Below, one piece after another: positions 16,864 to 25,439 of a DNA stretch of 60,443 bases. The notes below the pieces were generated by a model. The model was not told the DNA's origin, did no database searches, and saw nothing but the letters and a program-made list of their open reading frames with translations. Position numbers and translations under genes: made by a program. The stretch is from assembly GCA_049686695.1 (NCBI GenBank), contig JBAVIH010000097.1, positions 1-60,443 on the forward strand, given 5' to 3'. Origin of the DNA: Bryobacteraceae bacterium (GTDB lineage: Bacteria > Acidobacteriota > Terriglobia > Bryobacterales > Bryobacteraceae). Within the stretch, counting starts at the first letter, position 1, and the number at the start of each line of letters is the position of its first letter.

Positions 16864-17406
16864 ATGCGCGCTATCATCGAAAAGATGCGGGCGCGGGCGT
16901 TCTGGAAGGCGGTGACTGTGGACCATAGCGACTTCTTAGATTCGCTGATCGCACTCTTGGCCGAGGGCGGTTTCCGCTATTGCGTGATCGGCGGGCAAGC
17001 CGTCAATGCGTATGTCGAGCCGCTGGTCAGTCTCGACCTGGACCTCGTGGTGGCGGTGGATCAAATCGCCGGGGCTGAGACCATGCTGCGCGAACGCTTC
17101 AAGGTCGAGCGCTTCCCGCACAGCCTGAATATCGAATCCGCCGGCTCCGACCTCCGCGTGCAGGTCCAGACCGATCCGCGGTACTTTGCGTTCCTCGACC
17201 GCGCCGAATCTCACGAAGTGCTCGGCGTGACGCTTCCCGTGGCCGCGCTGGAGGATGTTTTGCAGGGCAAGATCTGGGCAACTTCCGATCCTCAACGGCG
17301 CCCCAGCAAGCGGCGCAAAGATCTGCTGGACATCGAGCGCATTCTGGAAAGTCAGCCGAGCTTGCGGGCGCTGGTCCCGGCCGCCATCCTCGACCGCTTG
17401 GCGTGA
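16864..17406 (+). CDS. Nucleotidyltransferase-fold protein (orphan, MNT/AbiEii-like)
   Basis: About 180 aa. 'CVIGGQAVNAYVEPLVSLDLDLVV' fits the GG-x(n)-D-x-D minimal nucleotidyltransferase motif. Alternative start at 16885. No partner gene seen. Confidence 0.55.
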   Translation: MRAIIEKMRARAFWKAVTVDHSDFLDSLIALLAEGGFRYCVIGGQAVNAYVEPLVSLDLDLVVAVDQIAGAETMLRERFKVERFPHSLNIESAGSDLRVQVQTDPRYFAFLDRAESHEVLGVTLPVAALEDVLQGKIWATSDPQRRPSKRRKDLLDIERILESQPSLRALVPAAILDRLA

Positions 17407-17468
17407 GCGCTGTTTCCAAGGCCCCCTCCACCCGCGCACGCTATCATAAATAGGAAAGACCTCCCGCA

Positions 17469-20400
17469 ATGGCTGTAAAACCCGATCCGCAAATGGGCGT
17501 CAATAGCTGGCTCGAAGAAGAGCTCTATCAGCAATACCTTCGCGACCGGTCGGCCGTCGACGAAAGCTGGAAGGAAGTGTTTGACTCGAGCGGCGCAAGC
17601 GTCGCTCCAGCGCCCGCGAAGCCCGCCGCCGGTCAGTTGCAGCCTGGTGGGGCAGGCTTCAGCCTGCCAACCCCCGCCCTCGAGCCGCCCGCCGGCGGCC
17701 AGTTGCAGCCCCTGCGCGGCGCCGCCGGCCGCATCGCCGAGAACATGGCGGCCAGCGTTTCCATCCCGCTCGCCTCCTCGCAGCGCACCATCGCCGTCAA
17801 GGTGATGGACGAGAACCGCCGCATCATCAACCAGCACCGCACCATCCTGGGCTTGAGCAAGGTGTCCTACACCCACTTGATCGGCTGGGCGCTGGTCAAG
17901 GCGCTCGAGGAGATGCCCGGCCTCAACCAGGCTTACGTCGAAAGGGATGGCGCGGCCTACCGCGTGGTGCATCCACACATCCATCTCGGCATCGCGGTGG
18001 ACGCCGCCGGCAAGGATGGCGCGCGCAACCTGCTGGTGCCCAACATCAAGAACGCCGGCGCGCTGAATTTCCAGGAATACCTGAACGGCTTCGACGACCT
18101 GGTCGCCCGCGCGCGCACTGGCAAGCTGATCACCGCGGATTTTCAGGGCACCACCATTTCGCTCACCAACCCCGGTACCGTGGGCACCATGTCTTCCAGC
18201 CCGCGCCTGATGCCCGGCCAGGGCGCCATCATCGCCACCGGCGCCATCGACTATCCGGCCGAATTCCATGGCACCGCCGCGGAAACGCGCGCCCTCATCG
18301 GCATCAGCAAGGTGATGACCCTCACCTGCGCCTACGATCACCGCATCATTCAGGGCGCCGAATCGGGCGCGTTCCTGGGCAAGGTGCAGGCGCTGCTCGA
18401 TGGCGCCGACAGCTTCTACGAAGAGATCTTCGATCATCTGCGGATCCCGCACCAGCCGGTGCATTGGGAGACCGACCGCCGGCCGCGCCTGGCCGGCGCC
18501 GCTTCCACGCGCACCGCCGAGATCGCCAAGGAAGCCGCCATCATGCAGATGATCAACGCCTATCGCGTGCGCGGTCATCTCATCGCCGACCTCGACCCGC
18601 TCGGCCACGAGCCCAGCTATCACGCCGAACTCGATCCGGAGACCTACGGCCTCACCATCTGGGACCTGGACCGCGAATTCCTGACCGGCAGCCTGGGCGA
18701 AGCCATCGGCGAGGCCGGCCCCAAGCCGCTCGCCACCCTGCGCGAGATCCTCGAAACCCTGCGCGAGACTTACTGCGGCAAAATCGGCTGCGAGTACATG
18801 AACATCCAGGTGCCGGAGCAGAAACGCTGGCTCCAGCAGCGCATGGAGCCGGTCAAGAACCACTGGCCGCTGGCCCCCGAAACCCGCCTCCGCGTTCTGC
18901 GCAACCTCGCCGCCGCGGAGGGCTTCGAACATTTCCTGCACTCCCGCTTCGTGGGCCAGAAACGCTTCGCGCTGGAAGGCGGCGAAACCGCCATCGCCAT
19001 TCTGGAAGAGATCCTCGAGCGCTCCAGCGCCGGCAATGTCAACGAGATCGTCATCGGCATGGCGCACCGCGGCCGTCTCAACGTCCTCGCCAACGTGGTG
19101 GGCAAGGATCTCAAGCAGATCTTCTCCGAATTCGAAGGCGACATCGATCCATCGAGCACCCAGGGCTCCGGCGACGTGAAGTACCACCTGGGCGCGCACG
19201 GCGTGCGCCGCTGCGAAAACGGCCGGGAAATCGCGGTCTCGGTCGCTCCCAACCCCAGCCATCTGGAAGCGGTGGACCCCGTGGTCGAAGGCATCGTGCG
19301 CCCCAAGCAGGACCACCTCGGCGACACCGCCCGCGAGCGCGTCATCCCGCTGCTGATTCACGGCGACGCCGCCTTCGCCGGCCAGGGCGTGGTGGCCGAG
19401 ACGCTCAACCTCTCGCGGCTCGACGGCTATTCGACCGGCGGCACCATTCACCTGATCATCGACAACCAGATCGGCTTCACCACGCTGCCCGACGAATCGC
19501 GCTCCACGCCATACTCGACCGACGTCGCGCGCGGCGTGCAGGCGCCCATCTTCCACGTCAACGGCGATAGCCCGCAGGCCGCCGTACGCGTGGCGCAGAT
19601 CGCTTTCGATTACCGCCAGAAATTCAAGACCGACGTGGTGATCGATATGATCTGCTACCGCCGCCACGGGCACAACGAAGCCGACGATCCCAGCTACACG
19701 CAGCCCATCCTCTACCGCAAGATCAAAGAGCATCCCTCGGTGGCCACCCTCTACGCCGGCCGCCTGGTGCGCGAGGGCGTGGCGACCGCCGAGGAAGTCG
19801 CCGCCATTCGCCAGCAGATCAGCCAGCGCCTGGCCGCCGGCTATGACGCCGCGCAGGCGCAGGCCGAGCATTACGAACTGCAGGAGCTGAGCGCGGTGCC
19901 CACCGGCGAGATCTCCGGCTTCTGCCCGCGCACCGCCGTCAACCAGCAGATCCTCGAGCGCGTGATTCGCGGCATCACCAATTTCCCGGACACCTTTCAC
20001 ACGCATCCCAAGCTGCGCGGCTTCCTCGAGAAGCGCCGCAACTCGATCGCCCAGGGAACGCCGCTCGATTGGGCGCTCGGCGAATCGCTCGCCTTCGGCA
20101 CGCTGGCGCTGGAAGGCACCGCCGTCCGCCTCAGCGGCCAGGATTCCGGCCGCGGCACTTTCAGCCAACGCCATCTGGCGTTTTACGATTTCGAGACCGG
20201 CAAGCGCTACATTCCCATGCAGCACATCTCGCCGGACCAGGCCCGCTTCGATGTCTTCGACAGCTCGCTGAGCGAATACGCCGTGCTGGGTTTCGAATTC
20301 GGCTACAGCGTGGCCGATCCGCTCACGCTGGTCATCTGGGAAGCCCAGTTCGGCGACTTCGCCAACGGCGCGCAGATCATGATCGACCAGTTCATCTCCT

Positions 20401-21158
20401 GCGCCGAATCCAAATGGGGACAACCGAGCGGCCTGGTGATGTTACTGCCGCACGGCTTCGAAGGGCAGGGCCCCGAACATTCGAGCGCCCGCATCGAACG
20501 CTACTTAGTCCTCTGCGCCGAAAATAACATGCAGGTTTGTAACTGCACAACGCCGGCGCAGTACTTCCACTTACTGCGCCGCCAGATGTACGGGGGCTCC
20601 GACCGCCGCGGCGTGCGCAAGCCGCTGATCGTCTTCACCCCCAAGAGCCTGCTCCGCCATCCGCGCGCCGTTTCCACCGTGCACGATTTCTCGACCGGCG
20701 GCTTCATCGAGATCCTGGATGACTCGGTTGCCGATCCGCAGCGGGTTTCCCGCGTGGTCTTCTGCTCTGGCAAGATCTATTACGACTTACTGCAAGGCCG
20801 CGAGGAGCGCAAAGCCGAGCACGTCGCACTGGTCCGCGTCGAGCAGCTTTACCCGTTTGCATCCGGCCAGGCCGCCGAAATCCTGGCGCGCTATGCGCCC
20901 ACCGCCGAAATCGTCTGGGCGCAGGAAGAGCCCAGAAACATGGGCGCCTGGCGTCACATGCACGAGCAGATGCAGCCCCTCGCAGAGCCCACCCGCCGCG
21001 AAATCCGCTACGTAGGCCGCGCCGAATCCGCCAGCCCCGCCACCGGCTCCGGCAAGCGCCACCAGCAAGAACAGCACGAAATCGTCGACGACGCGCTGAC
21101 GCCCGGCGCCATCTCCCAAACCAAACGGGTGAGGCTGGTGGCGAAGAGGAAGAAGTAG
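17469..21158 (+). CDS. sucA: 2-oxoglutarate dehydrogenase E1 component, long Kgd-type with N-terminal E2-like (succinyltransferase) segment
   Basis: 1229 aa. N-terminal 'MGVNSWLEEELYQQY'. Acyltransferase-like 'TISLTNPGTVGT...TLTCAYDHRIIQGAESG'. E1 motifs 'GMAHRGRLNVLANV', 'GDVKYHLG', 'HGDAAFAGQGVV' and 'LLPHGFEGQGPEHSSARIERYL'. Confidence 0.95.
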   Translation: MAVKPDPQMGVNSWLEEELYQQYLRDRSAVDESWKEVFDSSGASVAPAPAKPAAGQLQPGGAGFSLPTPALEPPAGGQLQPLRGAAGRIAENMAASVSIPLASSQRTIAVKVMDENRRIINQHRTILGLSKVSYTHLIGWALVKALEEMPGLNQAYVERDGAAYRVVHPHIHLGIAVDAAGKDGARNLLVPNIKNAGALNFQEYLNGFDDLVARARTGKLITADFQGTTISLTNPGTVGTMSSSPRLMPGQGAIIATGAIDYPAEFHGTAAETRALIGISKVMTLTCAYDHRIIQGAESGAFLGKVQALLDGADSFYEEIFDHLRIPHQPVHWETDRRPRLAGAASTRTAEIAKEAAIMQMINAYRVRGHLIADLDPLGHEPSYHAELDPETYGLTIWDLDREFLTGSLGEAIGEAGPKPLATLREILETLRETYCGKIGCEYMNIQVPEQKRWLQQRMEPVKNHWPLAPETRLRVLRNLAAAEGFEHFLHSRFVGQKRFALEGGETAIAILEEILERSSAGNVNEIVIGMAHRGRLNVLANVVGKDLKQIFSEFEGDIDPSSTQGSGDVKYHLGAHGVRRCENGREIAVSVAPNPSHLEAVDPVVEGIVRPKQDHLGDTARERVIPLLIHGDAAFAGQGVVAETLNLSRLDGYSTGGTIHLIIDNQIGFTTLPDESRSTPYSTDVARGVQAPIFHVNGDSPQAAVRVAQIAFDYRQKFKTDVVIDMICYRRHGHNEADDPSYTQPILYRKIKEHPSVATLYAGRLVREGVATAEEVAAIRQQISQRLAAGYDAAQAQAEHYELQELSAVPTGEISGFCPRTAVNQQILERVIRGITNFPDTFHTHPKLRGFLEKRRNSIAQGTPLDWALGESLAFGTLALEGTAVRLSGQDSGRGTFSQRHLAFYDFETGKRYIPMQHISPDQARFDVFDSSLSEYAVLGFEFGYSVADPLTLVIWEAQFGDFANGAQIMIDQFISCAESKWGQPSGLVMLLPHGFEGQGPEHSSARIERYLVLCAENNMQVCNCTTPAQYFHLLRRQMYGGSDRRGVRKPLIVFTPKSLLRHPRAVSTVHDFSTGGFIEILDDSVADPQRVSRVVFCSGKIYYDLLQGREERKAEHVALVRVEQLYPFASGQAAEILARYAPTAEIVWAQEEPRNMGAWRHMHEQMQPLAEPTRREIRYVGRAESASPATGSGKRHQQEQHEIVDDALTPGAISQTKRVRLVAKRKK
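17646..17668. repeat. REP-like hairpin unit inside the sucA coding sequence
   Basis: 'ggtggggcaggcttcagcctgcc' contains the perfect 8-bp stem ggcaggct/agcctgcc. It lies in a 66-bp in-frame segment flanked by near-identical 14-bp direct repeats (17631-17644 and 17697-17710). Confidence 0.6.
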
Positions 21159-21362
21159 GGGGAGGAGGATCGATCCTGCGGTTCTAATGCCAAGAGATGA
21201 GTATACCGGCCTTCGGCTGAATTGTGAGGTCCGCTGCTGCCCTCGGATATCTGATCGGACTTTCGGCCGTCTGATTTCCCAGCTTTAACGCCGAAATCTT
21301 CTTTTCTTGCATGGCCGGCCCGCCGGTCACCGGGGCAGGAGAAATGCGGGCGGCGTTTATTT

Positions 21363-21767
21363 TCAGTGGTTTGCATCGTCGGAAGCGCTGAGTGCGTACG
21401 CCGCTCGTTCGACTATATGGTTGGCGGGCGGATTGCAAGGTAACTCTACAGGGAAGTCAAACTCCGTCCGATATGGTACCTGAGGTGGAGCGAATTCCAT
21501 GTTAACTTCTTGCGCATCCGGCATTTCGACGCTAGAATCGTCTCTACAGTCCTCGTCGGCATTGGTTTGGGCGGAGTCATTTTCGCGAATGGAGGGCTTT
21601 AAGGTGAACGCCAGCGTGAACGTCAGAATCGAACTCTGCAATTTCGGGTCTTGCTCGTCGAGCGTCGGGCCGGCGCCGGCGGAACTGCAACTACCGCCGA
21701 AGGAATCGACGCCACGACCGCCGTACACGTTTCCTAAGCCTGTCGCCGTCTGGGAAGCGGATACCAT
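21363..21767 (-). CDS. Hypothetical small Ser/Gly/Asp-rich protein downstream of the SDH protease
   Basis: 134 aa from ATG 21767, preceded by GAGG, 16 nt after the protease stop. Lower-GC composition. No recognisable domain. Confidence 0.35.
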   Translation of the reverse strand: MVSASQTATGLGNVYGGRGVDSFGGSCSSAGAGPTLDEQDPKLQSSILTFTLAFTLKPSIRENDSAQTNADEDCRDDSSVEMPDAQEVNMEFAPPQVPYRTEFDFPVELPCNPPANHIVERAAYALSASDDANH

Positions 21768-21783
21768 AACCTCAGCGGCTGAG

Positions 21784-22956
21784 CTATAGCGGCTTCCACT
21801 GGGCACCCTCGGCTTTCGACTCGACCCTTTCAACGGGTGACTGGCGAGCAATTTCCTGAATTATGGTTTGCTGGATCTGTTGCGAACCCGCCGTGAGCAA
21901 CTGCTGGATCGCGTTCTGCGCAGCTTGCGGCAGCTGGGCGGCATCTATTCCGGCGGGAAGCTGCAACTGTATGTTGAGGTTAATTGTCGGCTGAGATGGC
22001 ACACGCCGCACGCGTCGGATCAAAAGCGTTCCAGAGAACGCATGGCTCAACGCAGACGACTCAACAAACCCGCCGGCCGTGTCCGGCACGCGAAGTTCGT
22101 CAGCACCGGCCGGGAGCAGCGACTCGAAGTCGTGGGTTTCTCCGAGGCATAGTTCCTGCTCGTACTCACAAAAGAGCCCCCATATCTCCCGCTCGGCCTC
22201 TTCGTCAACGAGTTCGACCTGCATACCAAGCTGTTTCGCTTCGTCGCGTCCGATTCCATGGTTGTGAACGTACGTCTTCTCAGTCAGGGCCTCGATAACC
22301 GCAGTCACGATCCTGTCCTCAAGAGCAGGCTTGCGAAGGTCCAAGAGTTTTCGAGACACGAGGCGAATATGCGAATAGACTCTCTCGACGCGGCCCAACA
22401 GTGGCGGAGTCAGCGTCGTTGCCAAGACTGAAATCAGCTGGCTAAGAGCCGCCTGGTCGGTCAGGCCGGCACGATTCCGCAGAAACGAGACGTAGGAGGC
22501 TACGTCCTCCACCCCCAAGTCTCGCAGCACCAATGTTTGGGGCGCTCCATTTTGGGGGTTGATCATCAGGCTGGGATCAACGGGGCCTAGTTCCGACTTC
22601 CGGGTCATTAGGATGCGGTCGGCCCCCATGCAGATCATGGTCGCAGCGCTATATGCCTTGTAGGGAACAATCACCTCAAACGTGTCGCAGAACTGGCGAA
22701 TCATGTTTACAATTTTCCAAGGAACTTCGGTTTGCCCACCCAAGCTGTAAAGAAACAACTGCAGCTTCGGCACCCGGCCGATACGGAGGAGGTGGTCGTA
22801 CATCGGACGAACGCAATCGTCGGCGATCTGAAGGGGAAACAGCGGCCGGTCTCCCAAGATCAGCGTCAGGACCTTTGATTCAAACCGCTGCTCAATCGCG
22901 TTGATCAGCGGAACCCTGGAATCTCTGCTCACTTTTCTAACCCCACGCGTCAGCAC
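21784..22956 (-). CDS. SDH-family (serine dehydrogenase proteinase, ClpP/SppA-fold) serine protease
   Basis: 390 aa. 'LFLYSLGGQTEVPWKIVNMIRQF...VIVPYKAYSAATMICMGADRILMTRKSELGPVDPSL' matches the SDH_sah/Clp-fold core. Starts at GTG 22956, with an alternative GTG at 22932. The gene is visibly more AT-rich than its flanks. Confidence 0.7.
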   Translation of the reverse strand: MLTRGVRKVSRDSRVPLINAIEQRFESKVLTLILGDRPLFPLQIADDCVRPMYDHLLRIGRVPKLQLFLYSLGGQTEVPWKIVNMIRQFCDTFEVIVPYKAYSAATMICMGADRILMTRKSELGPVDPSLMINPQNGAPQTLVLRDLGVEDVASYVSFLRNRAGLTDQAALSQLISVLATTLTPPLLGRVERVYSHIRLVSRKLLDLRKPALEDRIVTAVIEALTEKTYVHNHGIGRDEAKQLGMQVELVDEEAEREIWGLFCEYEQELCLGETHDFESLLPAGADELRVPDTAGGFVESSALSHAFSGTLLIRRVRRVPSQPTINLNIQLQLPAGIDAAQLPQAAQNAIQQLLTAGSQQIQQTIIQEIARQSPVERVESKAEGAQWKPL

Positions 22957-23160
22957 TAAGCCTGTCTATCAGCTTACGACCAGACTCTGCCGCGTTTCAA
23001 ACATTTTTAACCACCTTTGTTTTCAGTGTGTTGTGATGTGGAGATAAACCACAATCTCTGTGCCCGCAGCGTTTGCCGCCGGCGTCACCAGCATGCCGCC
23101 ACGGCAATAGTCGTCCAGTCCGCTTGACTGACTACTCCGCGCATAGTACCTTTAACGTGT

Positions 23161-23439
23161 ATGATCCGCTCGTTCCGCTGCCAGGAAACCAGGGCGATCC
23201 ACAACGGGTATAGTAGCCGGAGGTTTCACGGGATCGACGAACCGGCGCGCAAGCGGTTGCGCTGGCTTGATGCAGCTACCAGCCTCACCGATCTTGGGGC
23301 TATTCGAGGCAACCGGCTGGAAGCCTTGAAAGGCGATCGCGCCGGCCAGCACAGCATTCGGATTAATGACCGCTGGCGGATCTGCTTTTCCTGGCGCGAT
23401 GGGAACGCATACGATGTCGAAATCGTGGACTACCACTAA
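23161..23439 (+). CDS. higB: HigB-type toxin (second copy)
   Basis: 92 aa: 'MIRSFRCQETRAI...NRLEALKGDRAGQHSIRINDRWRICFSWRDGNAYDVEIVDYH'. A diverged paralog of 6291..6569, clearly alignable by eye (identity not computed). Confidence 0.85.
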   Translation: MIRSFRCQETRAIHNGYSSRRFHGIDEPARKRLRWLDAATSLTDLGAIRGNRLEALKGDRAGQHSIRINDRWRICFSWRDGNAYDVEIVDYH

Positions 23440-23454
23440 GGAAGGGAGAGAATT

Positions 23455-23757
23455 ATGCCGCAGAGAAAGAAACTGCCGCCCATCCATCCGGGCGAATTGC
23501 TCCGCGACGAGCTCAACGAGATTGGGGTCAGCCTGAACGAGCTCGCGCGTGCGCTCAGGGTCCCGATGAACCGGATCAGCGCCATCGTCAATGGAAAGAG
23601 AGCCATCACCGTGGACACCGCCATGCGCCTGGCCCGGTACTTCGGCACTTCGCCACAATATTGGCTGAATCTTCAGACCGCCTACGATCTCGAGGTCGCC
23701 GCCCAGGAGATCCGTCCCAAGATCGAAAGGGAAGTCCTCCCGCGAAACGCGGCCTGA
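23455..23757 (+). CDS. higA: HigA-type antitoxin (second copy)
   Basis: 100 aa: 'IHPGELLRDELNEIGVSLNELARALRVPMNRISAIVNGKRAITVDTAMRLARYFGTSPQYWLNLQ'. Confidence 0.85.
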   Translation: MPQRKKLPPIHPGELLRDELNEIGVSLNELARALRVPMNRISAIVNGKRAITVDTAMRLARYFGTSPQYWLNLQTAYDLEVAAQEIRPKIEREVLPRNAA

Positions 23758-23786
23758 CCCAGGCCCCCCAAAAGGGCGCGTTTTTC

Positions 23787-24917
23787 CTAGTGCGGTTCGG
23801 CTGCGGTGCCGTGCGCCACGCGCGAGATGGCGTTGACCATTTTGCGATAGGGAATCGCGGAGAAATCCTCAAAGGCCAGCCATTCGCCGTCGCGCCAGGT
23901 GGAATAATACCAGCGCGCGATCAGCGCCAGCGATTCCTGCCGCTCCCGCGTGCTCCACTGCCGCGGTTCGAGCGTCACCAGCAGGTCGCGCAGCTTCTGG
24001 TCGAGCGACACCGGCTTGCCTTCCTCGACTTCGAACCCCAGCCGCATGGAGGGTTGCAGATGGCCGCCGGCCACGAACCACAGCTCGACGGCGGCGGGCG
24101 CGGCGGAGGGTAGGATAGCCACGCCGTGCAGCCGGTCGATATCGCGCGCCAGTTCGTCGCGCAGCTTCAGCACGTCCTGCACCTTCTCCAGGCGTTTATG
24201 CTGGCGGGCGGCTTCTTCGAACTGCATCTGCTCGCTCAGCCGGTCGCGCGAGTTTGCGATCGCGCCGACCAGCGATTGGCCGTCGCTGCGCAGGAATTCG
24301 AGCACCCGGTCCACTTCGTTGCGGTATTCGGCCGGCCCCACCACCTGCTGGCACGGCCGCAGGCACAGGTTCATTTCGCCGTAGATGCAGCCGGGATGCT
24401 GCGAGGACGGCGCCAGGTCCTCCTGGCAGCGGCGCATTTGGAACAGGTCCAGGAACTGCGATTCGAACCGCTCCGCCGAAGCGCGCGAGCGGAACGGCCC
24501 GAAGTACAATCCCGGCGCGCGGGAAAGGTGTGCCGCGATCAGGCTGCGCGGGTACTCGTTCTGCAGCACGATTTTCACGTATGGCGGCATGCGCAGCTTG
24601 AGCAGCTTCAGGTAGCGATCCGGGAAAAGGCGCCGCGCCTGCCGGTAGAGCACCACCGCCGATTCGAAGGCCGAGCCGGTGATCTGGTATTCGATGCGGC
24701 GGACCGTCTGCCGCAGGTTGAGCATGCGGGAGGGGCGCTCGCGTTCCGCCAGTAAGCGCAATAGGCGGCGGCGCAGCATGCCGGTCTTCGACAGGTACGG
24801 CTCGCCCTCCGCCGGCCAGAGCGCGAACACCGCCGGTAGATTGGGCAACCCGGCGAGCAGCGCGTCGAGGCCGGCGAGATCGTGCCCCGTTTCGACCGCG
24901 TGGGTGAGGCTTTCCAT
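23787..24917 (-). CDS. UvrC/Cho-like protein (N-terminal half only: degenerate GIY-YIG region, Cys-rich region, UVR motif)
   Basis: 376 aa. 'RRCQEDLAPSSQHPGCIYGEMNLCLRPCQQVV' resembles the UvrC 4-Cys region. 'FEEAARQHKRLEKVQDV' resembles the UVR domain. No C-terminal RNase H-like or HhH endonuclease half. Confidence 0.6.
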   Translation of the reverse strand: MESLTHAVETGHDLAGLDALLAGLPNLPAVFALWPAEGEPYLSKTGMLRRRLLRLLAERERPSRMLNLRQTVRRIEYQITGSAFESAVVLYRQARRLFPDRYLKLLKLRMPPYVKIVLQNEYPRSLIAAHLSRAPGLYFGPFRSRASAERFESQFLDLFQMRRCQEDLAPSSQHPGCIYGEMNLCLRPCQQVVGPAEYRNEVDRVLEFLRSDGQSLVGAIANSRDRLSEQMQFEEAARQHKRLEKVQDVLKLRDELARDIDRLHGVAILPSAAPAAVELWFVAGGHLQPSMRLGFEVEEGKPVSLDQKLRDLLVTLEPRQWSTRERQESLALIARWYYSTWRDGEWLAFEDFSAIPYRKMVNAISRVAHGTAAEPH

Positions 24918-25011
24918 CCGGATGTGCTCTGTGGGCAGGTCGATAACCTGCGCGCCGATCGCTAATCGGCGCGACCGGGCGAAGCCTGGCCGGTTTTCGC
25001 GGAACCCGCCC

Positions 25012-25347
25012 TCAGTGCCCAGCCCCGGGCGGCACGAAATCCGCCGGCAGCGCCGCCCCTTCGCCGAAGAAGTAGTTGTCCATCTGCTGGATCAGAAACT
25101 CCTGCGCCTGTTGCGTGCCCAGGTTGAGCCGGTACTCGTTCATGAGCATCTTCATGTGCTCGACCCACATTTTCCAGGCGTCCTTGGACACGTTCTCGTA
25201 AATCTTCTTGCCCAGCGGATGCCCGTCGAACGGCACCTCGTCCAGGCCCTCCATCTCGCGCTGGAACTTCACGCAGAATACCATCCGCTTGCCCGCCGGA
25301 TTGGTGCCCGGACTCTGGTTCGCCCCGCTTCCTCCCGCACTTCCCAT
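25012..25347 (-). CDS. yggX: YggX-family Fe(2+)-trafficking / oxidative-damage protection protein
   Basis: 'MVFCVKFQREMEGLDEVPF.GHPLGKKIYENVSKDAWKMWVEHMKMLMNEYRLNL' aligns with E. coli YggX. The true start may be the internal ATG at 25284. Confidence 0.8.
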   Translation of the reverse strand: MGSAGGSGANQSPGTNPAGKRMVFCVKFQREMEGLDEVPFDGHPLGKKIYENVSKDAWKMWVEHMKMLMNEYRLNLGTQQAQEFLIQQMDNYFFGEGAALPADFVPPGAGH

Positions 25348-25439
25348 GTTGTCGATCGCCGCTCCTCAGGTTTAGGATACAACGGGCGGGAGGGGCGGTA
25401 ACGGCGTTGTAGGTTAGGGAAGCGGACGAACAGGTGAAG

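Noticed and set aside
17352-20423. 1023-aa ORF on the minus strand
   Set aside because: Entirely antisense to sucA/kgd, whose translation carries unambiguous E1 motifs. The antisense product is Ala/Gly/Arg/Asp-rich with no motifs. This is a typical shadow ORF of a high-GC gene.
21008-21438. Small ORFs (122 aa, 84 aa) in the spacer after sucA
   Set aside because: No RBS, no recognisable domains, mutually overlapping frames in a non-coding-looking AT-richer stretch. I also looked for a tRNA or att-like sequence here and saw none I could support.
5976-23757. Idea that the two higBA loci are the boundaries of one 17-kb mobile island
   Set aside because: There is no DNA-level repeat between them and no integrase or transposase. 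The interval contains the core gene sucA and respiratory genes with the same high-GC composition as the flanks. Only 21.2-23.1 kb looks compositionally foreign.
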